Origin: the human T2T-CHM13v2.0 reference genome, Homo sapiens
Assembly: GCF_009914755.1 (NCBI RefSeq)
Contig: NC_060926.1
Strand: one strand, 5' to 3'
DNA length: 64,000 nt
Shown here: positions 51,691-64,000 of the stretch, in pieces
Layout: every line of letters starts with the position of its first letter
Numbering within the stretch: position 1 is the stretch's first letter
Made by a program: the position numbers and the translations under genes
Notes under the pieces: generated by a model
What the model saw: the letters and a program-made list of their open reading frames with translations, nothing else
What the model was told of the DNA's origin: nothing
Database searches by the model: none

Positions 51691-52700
51691 GCAACACCTG
51701 TTGAACACAGCCACCCACCTGGGGACAGATCAAGAAGCTGTCACAGATGGCGGAAAAAACTTGAGGAAAGCGGGACAAGCAGTCACGAGTAATTTAATGG
51801 TAGCTATAATAGCAGTTATCACCACTGCCATGAGTATTCCTTCAACAAGGGCTGACACAGAGAACAATTATACTTATTGGGCATATTGATCAATCTTGGC
51901 TGGCAATAATGCCTGGATGCAATCACTCTATGACACAGTTACACATGCTTTCTGATCTCAGTATTTACCATAATAAATCTGCTCCTGTAATTGAGACATA
52001 CTGCCCTCAAAAACCTATTTGTAAACAGGATTGGACCCACTTAGAAAAAATGAACGTACTTGTTTAGGAAGATTACATTGCAGAACAGGCAGAGATGCTG
52101 CACAAAAATTCCTATGGAATCATTATTGATTGGTCCCCTAAGAGGATGTTTAGCTTGAATTGCACCTCTCAGTCTGCATGCCACAGCCACACTATGTTCA
52201 GATGATCTGAAAAAAATGGTCAGATGGTAGAAATGATAAGAAGTACGGCAAAAGTTCCTATTGTCTGGAACCATAGTGGTATGGTGGCACCTCAACCTCA
52301 AATGATATGGCCCACTGTAGGAGCTAAACATAAGGATTTGTGGAAACTCTTACATGTTCTTAATAAGATCAAAATTTAGGAAAGTATATAAAAGCATCTA
52401 GAACACTCTACAAACTTGTTTTTGGATATAGCAAAATTAAAAGAACAAATATTTAAAGCATCCCAGGCACACCTGACCTTAATGCCAGGAACTGGAGTGC
52501 TTAAAGGAGCTGCAGACAAATTAGTAGGTAGTAACCCATTAAAATGGAAAAAAGCACTTGGAAGCTCTGTGATTTCAATGATGACTGTTCTTTCAATCTA
52601 TGTTCTTTGTCTTTGTATAGTCTGCAGATGTGGATCCCAACCCCTGCGAGAAGGAGCTCACCGTGACAAAGCTGCCATTGCTTTTGTCGATTTGCAAATC
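51690..52700 (+). pseudogene. env: HML-3 env remnant, internally deleted
   Basis: Hydrophobic signal-like MVAIIAVITTAMSIP followed by NYTYWAY; TM-region LDIAKLKEQIFKASQAHL and a Cys-rich membrane segment. Confidence 0.8.
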
Positions 52701-52714
52701 AGAGAAGGGGGACA

Positions 52715-53224
52715 TGTTGGGAGCAAGCCCCCCAAAATCTGGCCATAAACTGGCCCCAAGACTGGCCATAAACAAAATCTCTGCAGCACTGTAGTATGTT
52801 CATAATGGCCCTAACGCCCAAGCTGGAAGGTTGTGGGTTTACAGGAATGAGGGCAAGGAACACATGGCCCACCCAGGGTGGAAAACCGCTTAAAGGCATT
52901 CTTAAGCCACAAATAGCTTGAGCGATCTGTGCCTTAAGGGCGTGTTCCTGCTGCAGTTAACTAGCCCAACCTATTCCTTTAATTTGGCCCATCCATTCGT
53001 TTCCTATAAGGGATACTTTTAGTTAGTTTAATATCTGTAGAAACAATGCTAATGACTGGTTTGCTGTTAATAAATATGTGGGTAAATATCTGTTCAGGGC
53101 CCTCAGCTCTGAAGGCGGTCAGACCCCTGATTTCCCACTTCACACCTCTATATTTCTGTGTGTGTGTCTTTAATTCCTCTAGCCCTGCTGGGTTAGGGTC
53201 TCCCCAGCTAAGCTGGTCTTGGCA
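52715..53224 (+). repeat. 3' LTR (MER9), complete, 510 bp
   Basis: tgttgggagcaagcccccc...agctggtcttggca; follows the PPT; contains AATAAA (~53068). Confidence 0.95.
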
Positions 53225-55697
<2,473 letters not shown>

Positions 55698-55704
55698 GAG
55701 TTAA

Positions 55705-57118
55705 CTTTTTTTAACTTTTATTTTAGGTTCAGGGGTACATGTGTAGGTTTGTTATATAGGTAAATTGTGTGTTGCAGGGGTTTGGTATATAGATTATTTT
55801 GTTACCCAGGTAATAAGCATACTACCTGGTAGGTAGTTTTTCCAACCTCACTCTCTTCCCAGCCACCACTCTCAAGTAGGTCCTAGTGTCTGTTGTACCC
55901 TTCTTTGTGTCCATATGTATTAAAAATTTTAGTTCCCACTTCTAAGTGAGAACATGTGGTTTTTTGTTTTGTGTTCCTGTGTTATTCGTAGTTTGCTTAG
56001 GATAATGGCCTCTAGCTGCATCTGTGTTGCTGTGAAGGACATGATGTCGTTCTTTTTTATGGCTGCATAGTATTCCATTGTGTATATGCACCACATTTTT
56101 TAAAAATCCAGTCTGCTGTTGATGGGCATTTAGGGTGACTCCATGTTTCTGCTATTGTGAATATTGCTTCAATGAACATATGTGTGCTTGTATCTTTATG
56201 GTAGAATGATTTATATGCATTTGGATATATACTTAGTTATGGGATTGCTGGGTCGAATGGTAATTCTGTTTTAAGTTCTATGAGAAATCACCAATCTGCT
56301 TTCCACAGTGGCTGAAATAACTTACATTCCCACCAGTGTTGTGTAAGTGTTCCTTTTTTTTTTTCTACAGTCTCACCAGCATCTAATATGTTTTGACTTT
56401 TTAATAATAGCCATTCTGGCTGCTGTGAGATGATATCTCATTGTGATTTTGATTTGCATTTTTCTAATGATTATAATGTTGAGCATTTTGTCTTATGCTT
56501 TTTGGCTTTGTGTATGCCTTCTTTGAAAAGTGTCTATTCCTGCTTTTTGTTCACTTTTTAATGGGTTTGCTTGTTTTTTTCTTGTAAATTTGCTTAGGTT
56601 CCTTATATATTCTGGATCTTAAAAGTATACTACAAAGCTACAGTAACCCAAACAGCATGGCATTGGTACAAAAACAGATACATAAACCATTGAAATAGAA
56701 TACCAGGCTCAGAAATAATGTTGCAAGTATAAAATCATCTAATCTTCAACAAAATTGAGAAAAACAAGCAATGGGGAAAGGATTCCCTATTCAATAAATG
56801 GTGCTGGGATAACTGGCTAGTCATATGCAGAAGACTGAAACCAGACCACTTCCTTTTACTATATACAAAAATCAACTCAAGATATATCAAAGACTTAACT
56901 GTAAAACCTAAAACTATAAAAACCCTGGAAGAGAACCTAGGAAATACCATTTTGGACAGCACGTGGCAAAGATTTCATAATGACTCCAAAAGCAACTGCA
57001 ACAAAAACAAAAATTGGCAAATGGAAGCTAATTAAACTGAAGGGCTTCTGTGGAGCAAAAGAAACCAACAGAGTAAATATTCTACAGAATGGAAAAAAGA
57101 ATTGCAAACCCTGCATTC
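55705..57118 (-). mobile_element. L1PA15/16-like element, 5'-inverted
   Basis: Poly-T then ttttaggttcaggggtacatgtg 3'UTR to ~56620; sense ORF2 56621-~57118 ends next to the breakpoint position of the antisense part. Confidence 0.88.
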
Positions 57119-57409
57119 AATATTAATGGTTATTAATATCCATTCATATCCAGAAGGGTTTACTTTTCTTAACCCAAGTATTTTATTAGATAGAGGCTGT
57201 GCGGAAGAGTGTTTTGGAATATATTCCTTGCTTCCTGCTCATGGCAGGGACAGAGTCTTCAAGCAGAACTACCCAGTCTATGATTAATAAATATACTAGA
57301 GTAAGTTTTCCTATAGGGTCAGTTTAGTCCCTTAGAAAAAAAATATGTTGTTTGAAAACACAATTGGATAAAGACCACTCGTGTCTATGTGCATATAGTT
57401 GCATGTATA

Positions 57410-57480
57410 TATAAGAAGATATATATACACACACATATATATCTATATCTATATCTATATATGTGTACACACACATGCAA
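57410..57480. repeat. Compound (AT)/(AC)/(ATATCT)n low-complexity repeat
   Basis: Direct reading. Confidence 0.85.
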
Positions 57481-58619
57481 ACACAAATCACTAGGCTTGC
57501 ATCTGAAACAGAGCCACTGTATGGCTGTTGGTTTGATTTTGTAGCTATAAATACCTATCGTATACTCATCACTGTACTGAGAACCATTATTTGAATTATT
57601 CCTTGATTAAACTAATTCTTCATCTTAAGTCTGATACCTTTGGAGGTTCTCTAACTTTTAAGTTGGTGGAGTAGGCTTATATTTAACATATTGATGCATT
57701 AGAAACTTGGGAAAGCATTCAGATTAGAAATTTGTTGGGAAGGGGAAAGATGTGTACTCATCCTTTAAATACAATGTGAATGGGACTACTGCTTTGGTGT
57801 TTGTTAATTTGTCACTCCCTCCTCCTTCTCTCCCCTCACCCATTTTGACCACTTATTTTTACTTGGATTATTACAAGATCATGCTAATTAAATGTCCTGT
57901 CTCCAGTCTGAGTCCACACCCCCCAAAATCAATAAAACAAGTAATCATTCCTTCTCATGTCTCTGAATAAGGTGATGAGTAAGTTGTCTTATGATTGATT
58001 ATTCTCAGGATTTGTAAACATTACTTCTAGATATTTTTCAGAAGCAAAATGAACTTTTGCCTACAATCTAAAGGCATTTAACAGAATCCCACAGAGAATT
58101 CTTTAGTTTCCTAGTGTACTCATCTTTAGGTTGTATTCCACAAACCTCCATAGCTGGGGTACTTGGAAGCTGATGTGACCATTTTAGGTGTTCATTTGAA
58201 ACTGGCTATTAGCTGAGGAGAATCTGGGCTTCTACAGACAGGAAAAGGAATCACTTCTAGCACCAAGGTTGTAAAACTCTGCAGTATTGTGGTATTATAG
58301 ATGATTGTGCTCTTATAGACACTATGTCTTTATTTTGTGGATAAAGAAACTAGGAGTCAATGTTGTTTAGTGTAAGCCTTTATAAGGGAGGGAAAAAAAC
58401 ATTATATAAGGATGACTAATGCAATGTAAGAGGAGTTACTTTGGCACAACGGTGATGTATTTTTCCTTTGCAGTTTTGTAACAGTTTCTAGCTATTAGAT
58501 AACTATGTCAGAAAAGTTGCATTTGAATTGACTTTCAGAAGAACTTAAAACAGTTCATTATTTTTGTTGCATTTGCAAAAGTGACCTCCAACTTCTGGCT
58601 TCAGTGAAAGTGATTTTGC

Positions 58620-60410
58620 CTGCAGTTAATTATTTCCATTTGCACCACATCAGCAAAGTCATTCAGGTAGACTCCTAAAATCAGTCTAGTCTGCTTCTCT
58701 CTCACTCTCATATCACATTCCAATTCTGTTGTTAGTCTTCCTATGAGATTTTTCTTGCATCTTACCCTTCCCTCTATAATCACTGCACTCATGCTCAACA
58801 AGGTCCCAATCATCTCTTGGCTGGATAGTGCAGCAGGCTTCTTACTATTTTCTTGTCTTAGCTCTTCCTACACTCCCATTTATTCCCTATATTACAGCCA
58901 CAGTAATTTTTCTAAAATGCAAATGCAAGCATTTCACTCAACTCCATACAAACCTCACTGTCTTCCCAGCCCTTAATCTTAAGTCTAAGCTCCCCAAATG
59001 GCATGTAAGACTCTACAGGTTTCTAGTGACAACTTTTACTATTTCCTTCCTCATACTTTTAGATTTAGAGTTATTGAACTACATGTACTTTCAAGATTCT
59101 ATCCTGTTTCTGTGCCTTTTCACAGGCTGCTCACTCTTCCAGAGACACTTTTCTCCAGTCCCTTTGTTTCACATCACCATTAACCTTGGTAACTTTTATT
59201 CATCTTTCAAAACTCTCTGCAGGTGTCACATGCTCTGGGAAGTAATGCATCAATCCCTCTTCTGTATTGAGGTACTATATATGTTGGTGATTAATAGGAT
59301 ATGCTCTGGAGTCAGACAGCCTAGGATCAAATCCTAGCACCACATTTTTGTAGCTATGGTACCTTAAACAAGCTGTTTTATTTCTCTGTGCCTCAAGTAA
59401 GACTTCATACTTGAGATAATAATAATAATGCCTCCTCATTGACTAATTATCTGGATATTAAAAAAAACTACCATATGACTCAGCAATCCCATTAATGAGT
59501 ATATATCCAAAGGAAATGAAATCAGTATGTTGAAGAGGCATCTGAGCCCCTGTGTTTATTGCAGTACTATTCATACTAACCAAGGTATGGAATCAACCTA
59601 AAAGTCCATCTACAGATGAACAGATAAAAATATTCCACTCATACAGTGGAATACTATTGTATCATAAAACAGAATGAGAGCCTGTCATTTATAGCAACAT
59701 GGATGAAGCTGGGGGACATTATGTTAAGTGAAATAAGCCAGGCACAGAAAGACAAACTCTGCATGATCTCATTGATATGTGGAATCTTAAAATGTTGATT
59801 TTATAAAATTACAGTACAATAGTGGTTATGAGAGGCTGGGGGTGGGGGCGGGTACGAGGGTGTTCCAGAGAAGTCGATCAAGGAGTACAAAGTTACAGTT
59901 AGATGGAAAGAATAAGTTTGGTGTTATATTACACAGGAGGGAGACAATAGCAAATAACAATGTAGTGTATATTTCACTATAGCTAGAAGAGAAGATTTTT
60001 TAAGATTGTTACTACAAAGAAATGATAAATGTTTAAAGTGATGACTTTGATAATTACTCCCATTTAATCATTATACAATATATGCATGTATTGAAAAATC
60101 ACACTGTACCTCATAAGTACAATTATCACGTGTCATTGTCAATTTGATAATGAATTAATAAAAAGAAGAGTGCTTGTTATACAGTAAGGTATTAATAAAT
60201 ATAGCTACAGTTATTGTTACTAACTTGTGAATTCAATTATTACATATATTAGTCTGAATTATAATTATTTCTTTATACTCCGGTATCTCACACTAACATT
60301 TAAAAAAGACTTTGAGGGCAAAGGCAGGAATTTATTCATCTTTATATTTTCAAAAGCTGCTGTGAAGCCAGGAAACTAATATACACTCAGTAGAACCTGG
60401 TTGAATATGG
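58620..60410 (+). mobile_element. L2 remnant interrupted by a MIR (~59275-60220), itself interrupted by an L1MA
   Basis: L2 motifs ccaatcatctcttggctggatagtgcagcaggcttct and tttgagggcaaaggcagg; MIR head ctctggagtcagacagcctaggatcaaatcctagc and tail attaataaatatagctac. Confidence 0.65.
59458..60165 (+). mobile_element. L1MA (MA6/MA7-like) 3' end
   Basis: ctaccatatgactcagcaatccca..gacattatgttaagtgaaataagccaggcacagaaagacaaa..tacaaagttacagttagat..aaagaaatgataaatgttt. Confidence 0.85.
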
Positions 60411-62696
60411 GATGCTTTAAGGAAACAAAATATTATATAAAAATGAGGCAATATCATTTCACCATGAGAAAGAAAGAAAGTATAAGGACAATTCAAAATT
60501 AAAGATGATTCAAGAAGAGTTAAAATTGATGTTGGTTTACATTTTCAGATGTAAATTGCTTAGGCTAACATCAAAATATGACTATATTTGAGAGTTAAGT
60601 GCCTGTAATGGTGGAAAAACAGAATGTTTTGATGGGAAGGTAAGTAAAAAAATTACATTTTCTGTTGACTAATACACAAAGCCTGCCAACACTTCCAAGG
60701 AGCTCCAACTGTTGGACATGAATACCCCACTGCACACTCAAATGCCTGGCTTCCTACATCTCTTCTGCCAGGACCATACTTCTGCTGTTATTGGTGCACT
60801 GGATCCATTGCCCCATAAATTTACATATATGAAGCCATGGGATCAGCCTGCAAAGGCCCTCACATCCTTTTAAGTTTCCACTCTCCCACCAGAACATTCA
60901 CAAAATGGACCTCTCAGAAGCTTTCAGGGTCCTGGTAATGACCTCAGACCCTAAAATTCCCAGAACCTTTTCCCCCAACCATAAATTTAAGCTATACTTG
61001 AAGGGGGTTTGGGTGGTGGCAGGAACCACATCCAGAATTTCAAACACCTGAGTCTAAAATAATCATTTAAAGTTAATTTTTGCAAGCTGAATACAGTCTG
61101 GCTTACTAAATCCATGGAGACTGACAATTGAGAGTAAATTGTACATTTTTTCAGACTGTAAATGTTTACATAAGCACATAAAAACCAGACACACACAGCT
61201 CCTTATTCAGATACATTTTTGAAAACTTAGTGCATTGTCCAAAAAAAAAACCTATAAAAATATTTAAATGAATGATTTAACTAAATTCTGTTTGAGAAGC
61301 CATGAAGAGAGTTTGGGGTAGGGATTTAAATTAAATTAACACAATTATAGCCAGCAACCATGAAACAACAGAAGTCATGTTTGGCATAGCAAGCTGATGC
61401 ACATACCTCAATTCACATTGCAGTGATCATTTTGAGACTAAAATTGTCAGATCCCAGGAGACAGAGAATATAGTCACATTCTAATTAAAGTAAAACTCTT
61501 TATAAGTGCATTGAAGGAGGTATACAAGCAGAATGACTATATAGAAATCTCTAAAATTAAGCATTTATTGAGTAATTTACAAAACAGGCTGATTTTGGTG
61601 GGATTATTTGATTTTTGTGAAAATCAAAGGCAAAGACTTTAATAATTATTATAGTAATAATAGCAATAATAATAATAACATCCTAACACTGTTTTAAATG
61701 CATATGCCTTTTTTCTTTAAATCCAAGGTGAGTTGATGATGTAGCTATAATTTCATCATATTAAATTAGAAAAATGAAAAAAATAGCCTGAAAGTTTTCT
61801 ATTGGCCTGTGGCACATTCCTGAATTTCATGCTGTTTTTCAACTCTGCTCCAGGGATAATGAGATATTATTTTGGGTGTGAAATGCTGTCCAATGCGTTA
61901 GCTGTGACAGGATTGCACAGAGACGTATTCAACTGACTGGTAGAAAATTTTGCAAACATAGTGAACCTTGTTTCAAAATAAATTACTGCAGTTTTCTGGC
62001 TCTGTAATGTTAAAATTTCAATATAAATGTGAGGCAAATGCTATGAGTAGATTAAAAAAAAAGAGATTCCTGTTGACAGTAAGTACAAGACAACATATGA
62101 TATTGGGGGTGCATACAACACATGGCTGGTTAATCTTCAAGGCTCATTTCATGTCGGGAAACAGAGCCAAGTGAGAACAGTCCCTTCCAAATTCAGACAA
62201 CTACACAAAAGCCAACTACACAAAGCAGCATTATCTCATTAAGCAAAGCTGTCTTTCCCCCAGTCAATCATCTTGAATAAAATAAATTGATGTTCAATTT
62301 TTAAAAAATTAAAGACTGGTAAAATTCAAGAAAGCTCCTGGCACGTTTAGTCTCTGCCGTACCATTGCTTCCTCAGCATGAGCTGTTTTCAGGAACAAAA
62401 CAGCAATTGACACTAATTAATACTAATTACTCATCTTGAGCTTACTTTTTAGTTCATCTGGCCTTACCAATATGTCCTACTGAAGTTAACCATTTGCTTG
62501 AGGACTGAATAATTTTTTCAGCTCATCTCTAACCCATGCTGTTTTACAAGCATGCTTACCTGTGTATAGGGAGGAAAAAGAATAAATGGGTTGTGGTCAT
62601 ATAAAATGGGTGTACTTAAACCTTGAAAAGATTATAAGCTTCTTTAAGATTTAATGCTTTTTCATAGATTTATACCAACGATACATTATCTGTGTA

Positions 62697-64000
62697 CAGA
62701 AACACTGTTTTATTGTGCTGCACTTTATCATACTTTGCAGATGTGTTTTTTCCAAATTGAAGGCTTATGGCAACTCTGTGTTGAGCAAGTCTATCAGCAC
62801 CATTTTTCCCATAGCAGGTGCTCACTTTGTGTCTCTGTGTCATGTTTTGGTAATTATCACAATATTTCAATCTTTTTATTATTAATATATCCACGATGGT
62901 GATTTGTGATCAGTAATCTTTGATTTTACTATTCCAGTTGTTTGGGGGCACTGCAAATTGCACCCATATAAGATGGTGAACTTAATCAATAAATGTTATA
63001 TATGTGCTGAACACTGCACTGACTGGCCGTTTTCCCATCATTTTCCCTCTGCTCTGGCCTCCTTATTCCCTGAGATACAATATTCAAATTAGGCCAATTA
63101 ATAGACCCTACAGTGGCCTTCATGTGGTTCAGTAAGAGTCACAGGTCTCTCACTTTAAATCAAAAACTAGAAATAATTTTCTTAATCCAGTCTATCATTG
63201 TTGGACATTTGGGTTGGTTCCAAGTCTTTGCTATTGTGAGCAGTGCTGCAGTAAACATACGTGTGCATGTGTCTTTATAGCAGCATGATTTATATTCCTT
63301 TGAGTATATACCCAGTAATGGGATGGCTGGGTCAAATGGTATTTCTAGTTCTAGATCCCTAAGGAATCACCACACTGTCTTCCACAATGGTTGAACTAGT
63401 TTACAGTCCCACCAACAGTGTAAAAGTGTTCCTATTTCTCCACATCCTCCCCAGCACATGTTGTTTCCTGACTTTTTAATGATTGCCATTCTAAACTCAT
63501 AGGTGGGAATTGAACAATGAGAATACTTGGACACAGGAAGGGGAACATCACACACCGGGGCCTGTTGTGGGGTGGGGGTAGGGGGGAGGGATAGTGTTAG
63601 GAGATATACCTAATGTAAATGACGAGTTAATGGGTGAAGCACACCAACATGGCACATGTATACATATGTAACAAACCTGCACATTGTGCACATGTACCCT
63701 AGAACTTAAAGTATAATAAAATATATATATATAAACTAGAAATACTTAAGCTTACTAAGGAAGGCATGTCTAAAGCCAATATAGGCCAAAAGCTAGGCCT
63801 CAAGATTACTGATGATGGTTGCTATACTAAACAACAATTTTCAGTGTAGATGAAACAGTCTTGTAGTTGAAAAATAATCCATCTAGGACTTTCATAGGTA
63901 AAGAGGAGAAGTCAGTGTCTGACTTCAAAGCATCAAAGGACAGGCTGCCTCTCTTGTTAGGAGCTAATGCAGCTGGTGACATTAAGTTGAAGCCAATTTT
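62697..64000 (+). mobile_element. Tigger1 DNA transposon (internally deleted, split by an L1, continues past the window)
   Basis: TA then cagaaacactgttttattgtgc..caaattgaagg..gagcaagtctatcagcaccattttt; transposase remnants aagctaggcctc, tgtagatgaaacag and ggagctaatgcagctggtgac; jump at ~63801. Confidence 0.9.
63176..63732 (+). mobile_element. Short L1PA4-like insertion, 5'-inverted, inside Tigger1
   Basis: TSD aaactagaaata at 63164-63175 and 63733-63744; antisense ORF2 end to ~63494, then sense 3'UTR (aatgtaaatgacgagttaatggg, tagaacttaaagtataataaa) with an (AT)n tail. Confidence 0.92.

Larger units (their letters stand above)
48166..53224 (+). mobile_element. HERV-K(HML-3) provirus (HERVK9 internal region, MER9 LTRs), internally deleted, 5' LTR truncated
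   Basis: Two homologous LTRs, Lys-type PBS, betaretroviral gag, dUTPase/protease, pol and env remnants, PPT agagaagggggaca at 52701-52714. Confidence 0.93.

Noticed and set aside
48916-51889. HERV ORFs as functional or domesticated genes
   Set aside because: Multiple stops and frameshifts, damaged zinc knuckles, no RT catalytic motif, no integrase, truncated 5' LTR.
58828-59337. 169-aa ORF
   Set aside because: Lies within L2/MIR remnants, has a non-ATG start and no domain similarity.

Overview
AT-rich, repeat-dense primate DNA, very probably human (it carries an L1 with L1HS-lineage diagnostics), from an intergenic or deep-intronic region. I find no supportable host protein-coding exon, rRNA, tRNA or CRISPR array. 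The ORFs with recognisable homology are retroelement remnants (LINE-1 ORF1/ORF2; HERV-K HML-3 gag/pro/pol/env), and the rest look like chance or Alu-derived frames. The window is a stack of transposable elements: an L1PB-type 5' end with monomer repeats, six L1PA-class insertions (five inverted), older L1M/L2/MIR, three Alus, THE1/MLT1/MER31-like LTRs, hAT and Tigger DNA transposons, and a ~5 kb internally deleted HERVK9/MER9 (HML-3) provirus. Most notable: (i) a young L1 at 11661-13142 combining a 5' inversion, a ~3.3 kb gap, an intermediate GCG/A diagnostic and a short 3' transduction that looks Tigger3-derived; (ii) the HML-3 provirus sits inside an L1PA4/5-like element, implying a late integration, and its 5' LTR is cut by a deletion with a perfect 16-bp palindrome at the junction; (iii) a sense-antisense-sense L1 inside one TSD pair; (iv) a ~90-bp dispersed duplication. 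I see no evidence for a new multi-gene system. Repeat subfamily names come from recalled consensus sequences and need RepeatMasker/Dfam confirmation; boundaries of old repeats are approximate.
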